Origin: Fibrobacterota bacterium
GTDB taxonomy: Bacteria; Fibrobacterota; Fibrobacteria; UBA11236
Reading direction: 5' to 3'
Length of the DNA: 25,211 bases
NCBI GenBank assembly: GCA_043753995.1
Contig: JAYUVP010000100.1
Span: 1 to 25,211, forward strand
Shown: piece after piece, positions 9,129-16,878 of the stretch
Numbering within the stretch: the stretch's first letter is position 1
Layout of the letters: each line of letters starts with the position of its first letter
The notes under the pieces: model-generated
What the model saw: the letters and a program-made list of their open reading frames with translations, nothing else
Database searches by the model: none
What the model was told of the DNA's origin: nothing
Made by a program: the position numbers and the translations under genes

Positions 9129-10253
9129 CTATAAAATGAGCATGGCATCGCCATAGCTGAACAGGCGATAACGCTGCGCCATGGCTTCGATATAAACGGC
9201 TTTGGCCGCTTCAGTGCCCAACAGACTCGATACCAGCATGAATAAAGTGCTGCGAGGCCAGTGAAAATTGGTGAGCAAACCATCGACGGCTTTCCAGCGA
9301 TAGCCCGGCAAAACAAAAAGCTTGGTTTCTCCCTCCCCCGCGACCAACTCCCCATTCGCCCCTGATGCACAGGTCTCCAGCACGCGCGCGGCCGTGGTTC
9401 CCACCGCAATGAGGCGACGTCCCTCTTCTTTGGCGGCATTCAGGCGGGTCGCGGCTTCAGCGCTAAGCGTATAGGCCTCGCTGTGCATGGCATGGTCTTC
9501 TGCGTTATCAACAGAAACCGGTTTGAAAGTGCCGGCCCCCACATGCAAGGTGACGGCCACGGTCTCCACGCCATATGCGCTTAAACTCGCTAACAAGCCT
9601 TGATCAAAATGCAGGCTGGCTGTCGGTGCAGCCACCGAACCTGAATGACGCGCGAAAACGCTTTGATAGCGAAGCGAATCCTCGGGACGAGCCTCGCGGT
9701 CGATATAGGGGGGCAAGGGCATTTCGCCGAGCTTTTCGAGGGCCGCAAAAAAATCTTCTCGGGCAATGTCGAAACGTAAGATGCGCGTGCCGTCGGATTC
9801 GACGCCAATCACCTCGGCGGATAAGCTGGATTTTCCGGTGCTTTCTCCAGGGGATAGGCCAAAATGAAGGGTGTCGCCTAGGCGAAAACGCTTACCTGGC
9901 TTCACCATGGCCTGCCAGCAGGGAGTTTCGCTTTTCTGTGGCGTAACGCCAAGGGCTTGTGGCTTGAGCAAAAGAATTTCAACTGGGCGAGCTTTGGCGT
10001 CGAGGCCACGCAACCTCGCGGGTAGCACACGTGTGTCATTGAGAACCAAAACGTCGCCCGGGCGCAACCACTGGGTCAAATTGCCGATATGGCCCCAGGC
10101 TCGAATTGGAGATTCGCCTGAGCGGGTTCCATCGGGAGCCGTACTGGGCCTATCTTGCCTTGCCACCACAATCACACGCGATTCTCCGCGCGGAACAGGC
10201 TCTTTGGCTATCAGGTCTTCGGGAAAGGTGAAATCAAATTCGTCGGTGCGCAC
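9129..10253 (-). CDS. queA: S-adenosylmethionine:tRNA ribosyltransferase-isomerase
   Basis: DEFDF.FPEDLIA..P, LVLNDTRVLPARL, PLPPYI, GSVAAPTASLHF, TLHVGAGTF, AVGTT, TNFH.P.STL and YRLFSYGDAM motifs. Start set at GTG 10253 to match the usual QueA N-terminus. Confidence 0.97.
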   Translation of the reverse strand: MRTDEFDFTFPEDLIAKEPVPRGESRVIVVARQDRPSTAPDGTRSGESPIRAWGHIGNLTQWLRPGDVLVLNDTRVLPARLRGLDAKARPVEILLLKPQALGVTPQKSETPCWQAMVKPGKRFRLGDTLHFGLSPGESTGKSSLSAEVIGVESDGTRILRFDIAREDFFAALEKLGEMPLPPYIDREARPEDSLRYQSVFARHSGSVAAPTASLHFDQGLLASLSAYGVETVAVTLHVGAGTFKPVSVDNAEDHAMHSEAYTLSAEAATRLNAAKEEGRRLIAVGTTAARVLETCASGANGELVAGEGETKLFVLPGYRWKAVDGLLTNFHWPRSTLFMLVSSLLGTEAAKAVYIEAMAQRYRLFSYGDAMLIL

Positions 10254-10333
10254 GGGGTGCAAAAGGTAAAAGAGCCTTGTCGAATATTGGGCCGCAAGGA
10301 CTTTCGTCCTCACCTCGGAATGACCGGTTTATT

Positions 10334-11881
10334 TCAATGCTCCGCTGGGGCTTTTTCCGGTTCCGGCTCTTTTTCCGGCTTTGTAGAAGCCTTTGCTTTC
10401 GTCTTGGGGACCAAAACGGAAACCACTTCCTCTGCCGTAAGAGAGACGGCGGCATCCGAGTCATTCATGAGGCGCTTGGCGATATCGAGAGCTGAAGGAT
10501 GACCAATGCGCCCCAAAGCAGTTAGGGCTTCGCGCCGCAATCGGCTATCGGGATCGGCGCAAACCAGTTTTAATGGGGCGACCAAGGCACTGTCGCGCGT
10601 ATGGCCCATGGCCATGACAGCCGCCAAACGCAAGGTGACCCCGCGAGCTGTATCCAGGGCAATGCCGGCAAAATAGGGCTTGGCCAAGGGCGGCAATTCC
10701 GCGGTGCGGGCAAGTAAGGCGGAAAGCCTTTGGGGATCGGTTTTCAGGCCATTCATTCCTTGATTCAGGGAATCAAGCCAAGCCGCTACAATGGAGCGTG
10801 GATCCGGGGCCTGGGCCGCCCTGGTCAGTGGCTCTGGAGCGGGTGGAGAAACTGGGCGGGTGCTTTGTTCCAAGCGCATTTTCACGATTTGCCCCTGCAA
10901 GCGCTGCACTTTTTGTTCGCGTTCACGATCCCGATCTTCCAAGTCCGCCATTCGCTCCGACAAGGTTTTTTGGGGTAGACGAGGAACAAAACCATTGACT
11001 TGCAGGGCGAAACGCAAGCCCGGTGCATTGTAGCCGGTTTTTTGCGCATGAGCGGGTGCGAGAAAAAAGCCCCATTCACCGCGCTGGCGTATCCACGATT
11101 GAAATTCGGTCAGCCCCAAATGCATCGCGAACATGGAACCGAAACGCCAAGTCAGACTCACATTCTGATGAAAATCCGAAAACCGTTCATAAAGTTCATA
11201 CCCCAAAAAAGCTCCGCCTCCAAGATTTTGTTCGAGGCCGAAATTCATGCCGACCAGGCTTTTATTGGCGCCATTCAGCATGGACGCGCCCGCATGCAGA
11301 CGAGTATTCAAGGCAAAGGTTTTCGCGACCATCATAAAGCTTTCCCCGCGAAGGCTGCGCACTATGCCATGATCGGCAACGCCGTATAAATCCGCTTCGG
11401 AGCTCCCAAAAAGGCTGCGAATGCCGAATACAATATTCGGCCAAATGGCATCTTCCTCAATTAAAAGCGCTTTGAAGGACATGGCCAATTCCTGACCATA
11501 GAACAAACCGATTTCTGCCCGGTTCTCTAGGCCGAATAGCACCTCGGTGCCATAGTTGAATTGGCGTGTCACCGCCGTATCGGTATTGCCAGAATCATTA
11601 AGGTGGAATTCAGAGGCAGAAAAGTATTGCAAGGAACCGACAAAGCGATATTGGCCATGGGCTACCACTTCGCCGCTGGGGACGCTAAGCAAGCCCCCAG
11701 AACGCAATCTTGAAATCGGAGTTGGTATCGCCTCAATAGGCTTTTCACCGATGCTATCCTCTCCGAAGGCGGAAAAAAAACCAGCAAGGCAAATTAGGCC
11801 TGACGTGCAAAGCCTAAAAGTCCTTGACCTAAGCCTCGGAAGTGAAAAAGAGAACGGAGCCACTTGCCGCGAGTGTAGCAT
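10334..11881 (-). CDS. Putative outer-membrane beta-barrel (YjbH-like N-terminus) fused to coiled coil and HEAT repeats
   Basis: Signal-peptide-like segment, GGLLSVPSGEVV..G (YjbH-like motif) and amphipathic beta strands up to GLRFALQVNGF. Then a coiled coil (LSERMADLE...LEQ), a Pro-rich linker, PBS-lyase-like HEAT repeats (D.D..LRREALTALGRIG) and a K/P/E tail. Confidence 0.7.
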   Translation of the reverse strand: MLHSRQVAPFSFSLPRLRSRTFRLCTSGLICLAGFFSAFGEDSIGEKPIEAIPTPISRLRSGGLLSVPSGEVVAHGQYRFVGSLQYFSASEFHLNDSGNTDTAVTRQFNYGTEVLFGLENRAEIGLFYGQELAMSFKALLIEEDAIWPNIVFGIRSLFGSSEADLYGVADHGIVRSLRGESFMMVAKTFALNTRLHAGASMLNGANKSLVGMNFGLEQNLGGGAFLGYELYERFSDFHQNVSLTWRFGSMFAMHLGLTEFQSWIRQRGEWGFFLAPAHAQKTGYNAPGLRFALQVNGFVPRLPQKTLSERMADLEDRDREREQKVQRLQGQIVKMRLEQSTRPVSPPAPEPLTRAAQAPDPRSIVAAWLDSLNQGMNGLKTDPQRLSALLARTAELPPLAKPYFAGIALDTARGVTLRLAAVMAMGHTRDSALVAPLKLVCADPDSRLRREALTALGRIGHPSALDIAKRLMNDSDAAVSLTAEEVVSVLVPKTKAKASTKPEKEPEPEKAPAEH

Positions 11882-11963
11882 GCCCTAGGGCTATGGCGCA
11901 AATAGGGTTGCTATCCGGGAGGGCGAAATTCGGCCCACCTGGCAATTTTACTTGCGAGGAGCC

Positions 11964-12680
11964 CTAAGCCTCGGTCTCCAGGTTGCAACTCAGGCGCAGG
12001 CTGAGAATTTCTTCTGGGGTCAAGGCTCGGCAATGGCCTTCGGCCAAGTCTTCTAGCTCAATGGGACCATAGCTAAGGCGGCGTAAATCCTTGACCCGAT
12101 GGCCAAGGGACATCATCATGCGGCGGATTTCACGGTTTTTGCCTTCACGCAGGGTGAGCTCATAGCTTCCATGGGGCAACATTCTCACCTTGGCCGGCAT
12201 GGTCCGCAGGCCGTCTTCCAGGGTCAGCCCCGTGCGCAAGGAGGCCATGGCTTGATTATCCAGAGGCGTGTCGGTCACGACTTCGTAAACCCGCTCCACT
12301 TCCCGGGAGGGGTGCAATAGTGCCTGGGTCAAGGCGCCGTCGTCGGTGAATAAAAGCGCGCCACGACTCAGAAAGTCCAAGCGCCCGACATAGTGCAAGG
12401 AGCGCCATTTCAGGGGAAGCAAATCAAAAACCAAGGGCTTGCCCACAGGGTCGGTGCGCGAGCATAAGTAGCCGGCGGGCTTATTCATCAGCACGCAAGT
12501 CGATTGGGCGGGCAAGACCGCGGTTTTACCCGAGACCAAGACTTGATCCGTATCGCTTACCTGGGTGGCGAGTTCAAGGCAAGGCTGGCCATTGACCTTG
12601 ACCAAGCCGGTGACAATAAGGTGTTCTACCGAGCGGCGGCTACCGAAGCCGCAGGCGGCCAAGAATCTATTCAAGCGCAT
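11964..12680 (-). CDS. rluB: rRNA pseudouridine synthase, RsuA/RluB family
   Basis: S4 domain (RLNRFLA..G..SRR), NKP.G, catalytic VGRLD and L.EGKNREIRRM motifs. Exact paralog (RluB, RluE or RsuA) is inferred. Confidence 0.88.
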   Translation of the reverse strand: MRLNRFLAACGFGSRRSVEHLIVTGLVKVNGQPCLELATQVSDTDQVLVSGKTAVLPAQSTCVLMNKPAGYLCSRTDPVGKPLVFDLLPLKWRSLHYVGRLDFLSRGALLFTDDGALTQALLHPSREVERVYEVVTDTPLDNQAMASLRTGLTLEDGLRTMPAKVRMLPHGSYELTLREGKNREIRRMMMSLGHRVKDLRRLSYGPIELEDLAEGHCRALTPEEILSLRLSCNLETEA

Positions 12681-12688
12681 ATTTGATT

Positions 12689-13660
12689 TCAGTCACGCAG
12701 CGATGGCAAAGCGCCCATGCGCCGCGCGCCTTCCAGTAAAAGTCCAAAGCGCAAACCTCGCGCGCTTATGCGATATCCCTGCAAGCCAGCCACGTCGGCC
12801 AAGGACTTCATCATGGCTGCTCCCGCCAGTAAAACGGGAGCACGGCCCGAGTCCAGCCCGGGAAGACTGGCTCGATCGCGCGGAGTCAAGTCGGCTAAAA
12901 GGCGCCACCAGCCATTCAAGGCTTCTAGTGAAAGTTGGCAGCCTTCCACACTTTCGGGATCATAAGCCGTCATGCCGAATTCGAGATGGGCTAAAGCCAA
13001 GGCCGAGCCTCCCACCAATACCGGCCAAGAAGGCAAGCTCAAGGTGTGGGACAAATTTTGTGTGAAATAATCGGTGGCAAGACCCAGCAGGGCTTCGGCT
13101 TTTTCTCCTCCGGCCTGCGATGCCAAAGAAATGGCTCCCAAAGGCAAGGAAAGGCTCTGATTGCGCCAGTGAATTTCGGTGCTTCCTCCGCCGATATCCA
13201 GCACCGCCAAATCGACGGGGGAATACAAGTTGGCTACGCCTGACCAGCTTAGAGCGGCTTCTTCCTCCCCAGTCAGAGGCCGACAAGGAAAATGCAATTC
13301 GCTACTGAGCCGGGATAAAACTTCAAGTCCATTGCGCGCTTGCCTGAATCCCGCCGTCGCGCCAACGGCCACCAGCGTAGCCTCTTGTCTGCTGAAGTCC
13401 TGTTTGAAGGATGCCAGGGTTTCCTTCAGGCGATCGACGGCGACCTCGCCTATGCGCCCTCCGGCGCGTAAGTCTTGCCCGATTTGGGTGGGCGCCAGGG
13501 CTTGGTAGACCGGCTGTACCTTGCCGCCAACGATGCGGGCAATGAGCAAGAGGCTGGCCTGGGTGCCCAGATCGATGGCTGCAAATAAACCGCGATCGCG
13601 GCGCAGTGGACGGGGTAGTCCGACTTGCGCTTCGATTTTGGCGACCGTCAAGGAAATCAT
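12689..13660 (-). CDS. Ppx/GppA family phosphatase (short, no HD domain)
   Basis: AAIDLGT, AT..FR.A.N, LTGEEEA, DIGGGSTE, SLPLGA and GLR.G motifs. ATGA overlap with the upstream small gene. Confidence 0.88.
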   Translation of the reverse strand: MISLTVAKIEAQVGLPRPLRRDRGLFAAIDLGTQASLLLIARIVGGKVQPVYQALAPTQIGQDLRAGGRIGEVAVDRLKETLASFKQDFSRQEATLVAVGATAGFRQARNGLEVLSRLSSELHFPCRPLTGEEEAALSWSGVANLYSPVDLAVLDIGGGSTEIHWRNQSLSLPLGAISLASQAGGEKAEALLGLATDYFTQNLSHTLSLPSWPVLVGGSALALAHLEFGMTAYDPESVEGCQLSLEALNGWWRLLADLTPRDRASLPGLDSGRAPVLLAGAAMMKSLADVAGLQGYRISARGLRFGLLLEGARRMGALPSLRD

Positions 13661-13974
13661 GCTTTAGGTAAGCCTAATTTTTCAGCAAAGGCTTGGCGAA
13701 GTTTATCCGGGCGCAGCAAAAACTCTCGGGCAATGGAAACGGCTTTGTCGACGGTTTCGACGCCGAACTCATCATGCCAAGCTTGGACCCAGGCACCCGT
13801 TTCGCTGCCTAAGGGCTTGGCATCCCGTAATTCCCGTGCCATTCCCAGGGCAAGGCGTATTCCCAAGCCCATGCAAAAGCGTTCCATATCCTTGGTGTCT
13901 TCCAGCAAGCCTTCGAGGCGCTTTAGGGCCTCATCCAAATTTCCCTCGATACCGGGATTCGATTGCATATCCAT
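13657..13974 (-). CDS. Hypothetical all-alpha protein (105 aa)
   Basis: Starts 6 nt after the radical SAM stop and overlaps the ppx start (ATGA). Amphipathic helical pattern. No family recognised. Confidence 0.75.
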   Translation of the reverse strand: MDMQSNPGIEGNLDEALKRLEGLLEDTKDMERFCMGLGIRLALGMARELRDAKPLGSETGAWVQAWHDEFGVETVDKAVSIAREFLLRPDKLRQAFAEKLGLPKA

Positions 13975-13980
13975 GTCGTC

Positions 13981-16581
13981 TTAAACCGTTGGAAGGGAGT
14001 GAACCGCGACCGTGGCAAAGCCTTCTTTGGCGATGGGTCGGCTGCGTAAAGTTTCGGCATCTTGATTTAAAAGGCAGCCGTAAACCAAATAGGGATTGAT
14101 GCCAGCGCCACTCTCGTGGGCGCGGATGCGAATCCACAATTCCTCGGCTTCGACCCAAACTGCTTCAACATCAAGAGACATGTCGAGTTGCTTTTCCCGC
14201 ACCACGATGGGCTTGGCAAGCTCCCCCGCTTCGAATCGGCTCAAAGCCTTTTGCCACAGGGCCGTGCCTTCCGGCCAGACCCCGCTGCGATAGGTGATCG
14301 CCGTCACCTTTGGCAGACGCGATGATTTCGAGGGCGCGAAGCGAAAAACTTCCATGCCTTCGGGCATGGCTTCACTCATGGCGGCGCAAAGGTCGGCCTC
14401 GGACATTTCCGAAACTCGGCGCAATTCCACCACCAGCATTTCGTCGCGGGTTTCTAGCCCTAAGGGCAGGGCGCCGGTATTGCGTATCAAGGGCTTGGGA
14501 TTAAATCCCTGACTCATGGCCAAGGGTATTTTCAAGCGCCGAAAGGCCTTTTCGAAAAGGTCGAGCGTATTCTGATGCGCGATGAATCGCGCCAAGCCCG
14601 TCTTGCGATAATGCAAATGAAAAGCGAAGCGTCCCGAGTGGCGGCTGCGTCGCTCGGTAGCCAAGCTGGCGATTTCTTCCGGCTGACGTGCAGGAGCTTG
14701 ATGTTTAACCGGGATAGGCGCCAGGGAAATGTCGGCATAATTTCCGGGAATGCCGCACTTCTGGCATTCGCCCCATTTGCAATCCGGAACCGGGGCGCTC
14801 TCAACGCGAAACATTTGTTTGTACTCATGCTTCAAAAAGCCCTTGGTAGTGCCAGCATGAATAAAGTCCCAAGGAAAAATCTCCGTGAGTGAACGCTCAC
14901 CGAAAATGCGTTCTTGGTCAAATCCACGTTCCTGCCAGATTTCCTGCCAGGTTTCGTAATTGAAAAATTCGCCATGCGATTCGAAAATTGCGCCGCGTTG
15001 ATACGCGTCCATAATGAGCGGAGCCAATCCCCGATCGCCCCGGGAATAAAAGGCTTCGACATGGCTGATGCCCCAATCCGCCCAGGTGATGCGCACTCCC
15101 GAAGTGCGGCGAAAGCGTTCGCGCACGAAGCGAATGTGGCGCATGGCCCGCTCTTCGTCCATAAAAGGCACCCATTGCATGGGCGTGAAGGGCTTGGGAA
15201 CCAATATGCCGATATTGGCATGGATAGTATTTCGCTGATTGTGCTTTTGCCCGATGGCATGCAGCTTCTCGATGAGATCGCAAAAGTCGCGCATGTCATC
15301 GAGATCTTCGGTGGGCAAACCCACCATAGTGTAGAGCTTGATATTGCGGAAACCGTGTGAAAAGACATTCTCTGCGGCCTGCAGCATTTCTGCATCGCTG
15401 ATAGTCTTGTTAATGATTTTTCGCAGCCGCTCCGAGCCAGTTTCCGGGGCGAAGGTGGCGCTCTTGCCACCCGTCAGTGCCGCCGCCTTGGTGGCCAATC
15501 CCTGGCCGAAAGAATTGGCCCGCAGGGAAGGCAAGGAGAGATCCACGTCGAGAAAATCTTCGTCTTCAATCAGGGCATCGAGCACTTTTTCTGCCTGGCC
15601 GTAATCGGCCGTCGACAGCGACAAAAGCCCCAGTTCGCGCTCGCCCGTCGCCTGCATCCCAGCCTTGGCCAGGTCGACCACATCGTCAGGATGCAATTCG
15701 CGATTGGGTCGATACCAATAACCTGCTTGGCAGAAACGGCATCCCTGGGTGCAACCGCGCATCACTTCGACCGAAAAGCGATCATGCACCAAGGACATAT
15801 GCGGCACAAGGTTGCGCACCGGATAATCCTGGGGATTAAGCACCTCGACCCAGGTGCGCTGCACGCCCTTGGCCTTGGCATAAGGGCTGGCGGCGCCATC
15901 GAAAGGCGGCACCCACTCCCCGCGTGGGCTTTGGACCATGGGCAACAAGGCCGGGCAATAAACGCCTTTCAAGGTGGCTAAGTCGCGCAAGATTTCGGTC
16001 TTGGACAAGCCATCCCGACGGCCGCGTCCGATGCGCCTTAAAATCTCCGGGGCTAAACTTTCGCCATCGCCGATGACGAACAAGTCAAAAAAAGGCGCCA
16101 CCGGCTCGGGATTGGCCATGCAAGGCCCGCCGCCAATGACGAAGGGATCCGATTCCTCTCGTTTATCCGCCCATGGCGATAGACCGGAAAGTTCGAGGAC
16201 ATAGGGCACATTGGTGTAATTCAGCTCGGTTTGCAGCGAGATGCCGATGGCCTTAAAACTGCGGACGGGGCGATAGGATTCCAGGCTATAAAGTCCGAGA
16301 CCACTCGATTTCAGCAAATCGGCGAAGTCGGGCATGGGTGCAAAGGATCGCTCGGCGGCTAAATCGGGTTCGCGATTGATCAGGTGATACAGCACCTTGG
16401 TGCCATTATGCGACATTCCCAGCTCATAGAGGTCGGGGAAAAGCAAAAGCATATCGGCCAAGATCGTTTGAGGATCTTTGACCGTTTGATTGGCTTCCCC
16501 GCCGATATAACGGCCGGGATTTTTGACCTGGGGAAGAATTCGCGCCAACTCGGCGTGAAAATGGGGATCGGAATGGAGCAT
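13981..16581 (-). CDS. B12-binding radical SAM protein (TIGR03960) fused to radical-SAM-linked domain (TIGR03936/DUF2344)
   Basis: V..PGRYIGGE.N, FPDLYELGMS, IGGGP...NPEP, VEVMRGCTQGCRFCQAG (CxxxCxxC) and FAPETGSERLR motifs. Linker has DCKWGECQKCG; C-terminal domain has Y.K.G.ARFI.H..........RR..P...SQGFNP.P. Start placed at ATG 16581 because the ORF-track extension to 16800 is antisense to the ferredoxin. Confidence 0.9.
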   Translation of the reverse strand: MLHSDPHFHAELARILPQVKNPGRYIGGEANQTVKDPQTILADMLLLFPDLYELGMSHNGTKVLYHLINREPDLAAERSFAPMPDFADLLKSSGLGLYSLESYRPVRSFKAIGISLQTELNYTNVPYVLELSGLSPWADKREESDPFVIGGGPCMANPEPVAPFFDLFVIGDGESLAPEILRRIGRGRRDGLSKTEILRDLATLKGVYCPALLPMVQSPRGEWVPPFDGAASPYAKAKGVQRTWVEVLNPQDYPVRNLVPHMSLVHDRFSVEVMRGCTQGCRFCQAGYWYRPNRELHPDDVVDLAKAGMQATGERELGLLSLSTADYGQAEKVLDALIEDEDFLDVDLSLPSLRANSFGQGLATKAAALTGGKSATFAPETGSERLRKIINKTISDAEMLQAAENVFSHGFRNIKLYTMVGLPTEDLDDMRDFCDLIEKLHAIGQKHNQRNTIHANIGILVPKPFTPMQWVPFMDEERAMRHIRFVRERFRRTSGVRITWADWGISHVEAFYSRGDRGLAPLIMDAYQRGAIFESHGEFFNYETWQEIWQERGFDQERIFGERSLTEIFPWDFIHAGTTKGFLKHEYKQMFRVESAPVPDCKWGECQKCGIPGNYADISLAPIPVKHQAPARQPEEIASLATERRSRHSGRFAFHLHYRKTGLARFIAHQNTLDLFEKAFRRLKIPLAMSQGFNPKPLIRNTGALPLGLETRDEMLVVELRRVSEMSEADLCAAMSEAMPEGMEVFRFAPSKSSRLPKVTAITYRSGVWPEGTALWQKALSRFEAGELAKPIVVREKQLDMSLDVEAVWVEAEELWIRIRAHESGAGINPYLVYGCLLNQDAETLRSRPIAKEGFATVAVHSLPTV

Positions 16582-16674
16582 CAGCGTGACCTTGACGGCG
16601 TTCAATGCGCCAATGGAGGCCTCCAAATATAGCCGAACAAGGTCCGAAAGACCGGGGTTGATTATCTTGCTGGC

Positions 16675-16878
16675 ATGATCAAGAAACCCAATAAAATCCT
16701 GCTTCTCGATCGCGAAAAGTGCATCAGTTGCGCGGGGTGCGTGGGTACTTGTCCCGACGATGCCTTGGACATGTTCGGCGTTGATTTGCAGGTGTTCCAA
16801 GAGAAATGCACTTATTGCACCATTTGTGTTCGGTTTTGCCCAGTAGGAGCTTTGGCGATTGAAAAGCGCGGCTTATGA
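16675..16878 (+). CDS. 2x[4Fe-4S] ferredoxin
   Basis: Two CxxCxxCxxxCP motifs (CISCAGCVGTCP; CTYCTICVRFCP) in 67 aa. Confidence 0.93.
   Translation: MIKKPNKILLLDREKCISCAGCVGTCPDDALDMFGVDLQVFQEKCTYCTICVRFCPVGALAIEKRGL

Noticed and set aside
10297..10320. Minus-strand GTGAGGACGAAA upstream of queA, resembling part of a hammerhead ribozyme; also considered as a preQ1 riboswitch
   Set aside because: The CUGANGA core is absent and GGAC pairs locally as AGGAC-GAAA-GUCCU, a simple GNRA hairpin. The preQ1-I stem plus A-rich tail is not present.
10340..10410. KPEKEPEPEKAP low-complexity DNA that looks like a short repeat
   Set aside because: Coding low-complexity tail, not a regular tandem array.
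16582..16800. 73-aa N-terminal extension of the radical SAM ORF
   Set aside because: It is antisense to a clear ferredoxin gene, and family similarity begins only after Met at 16581.
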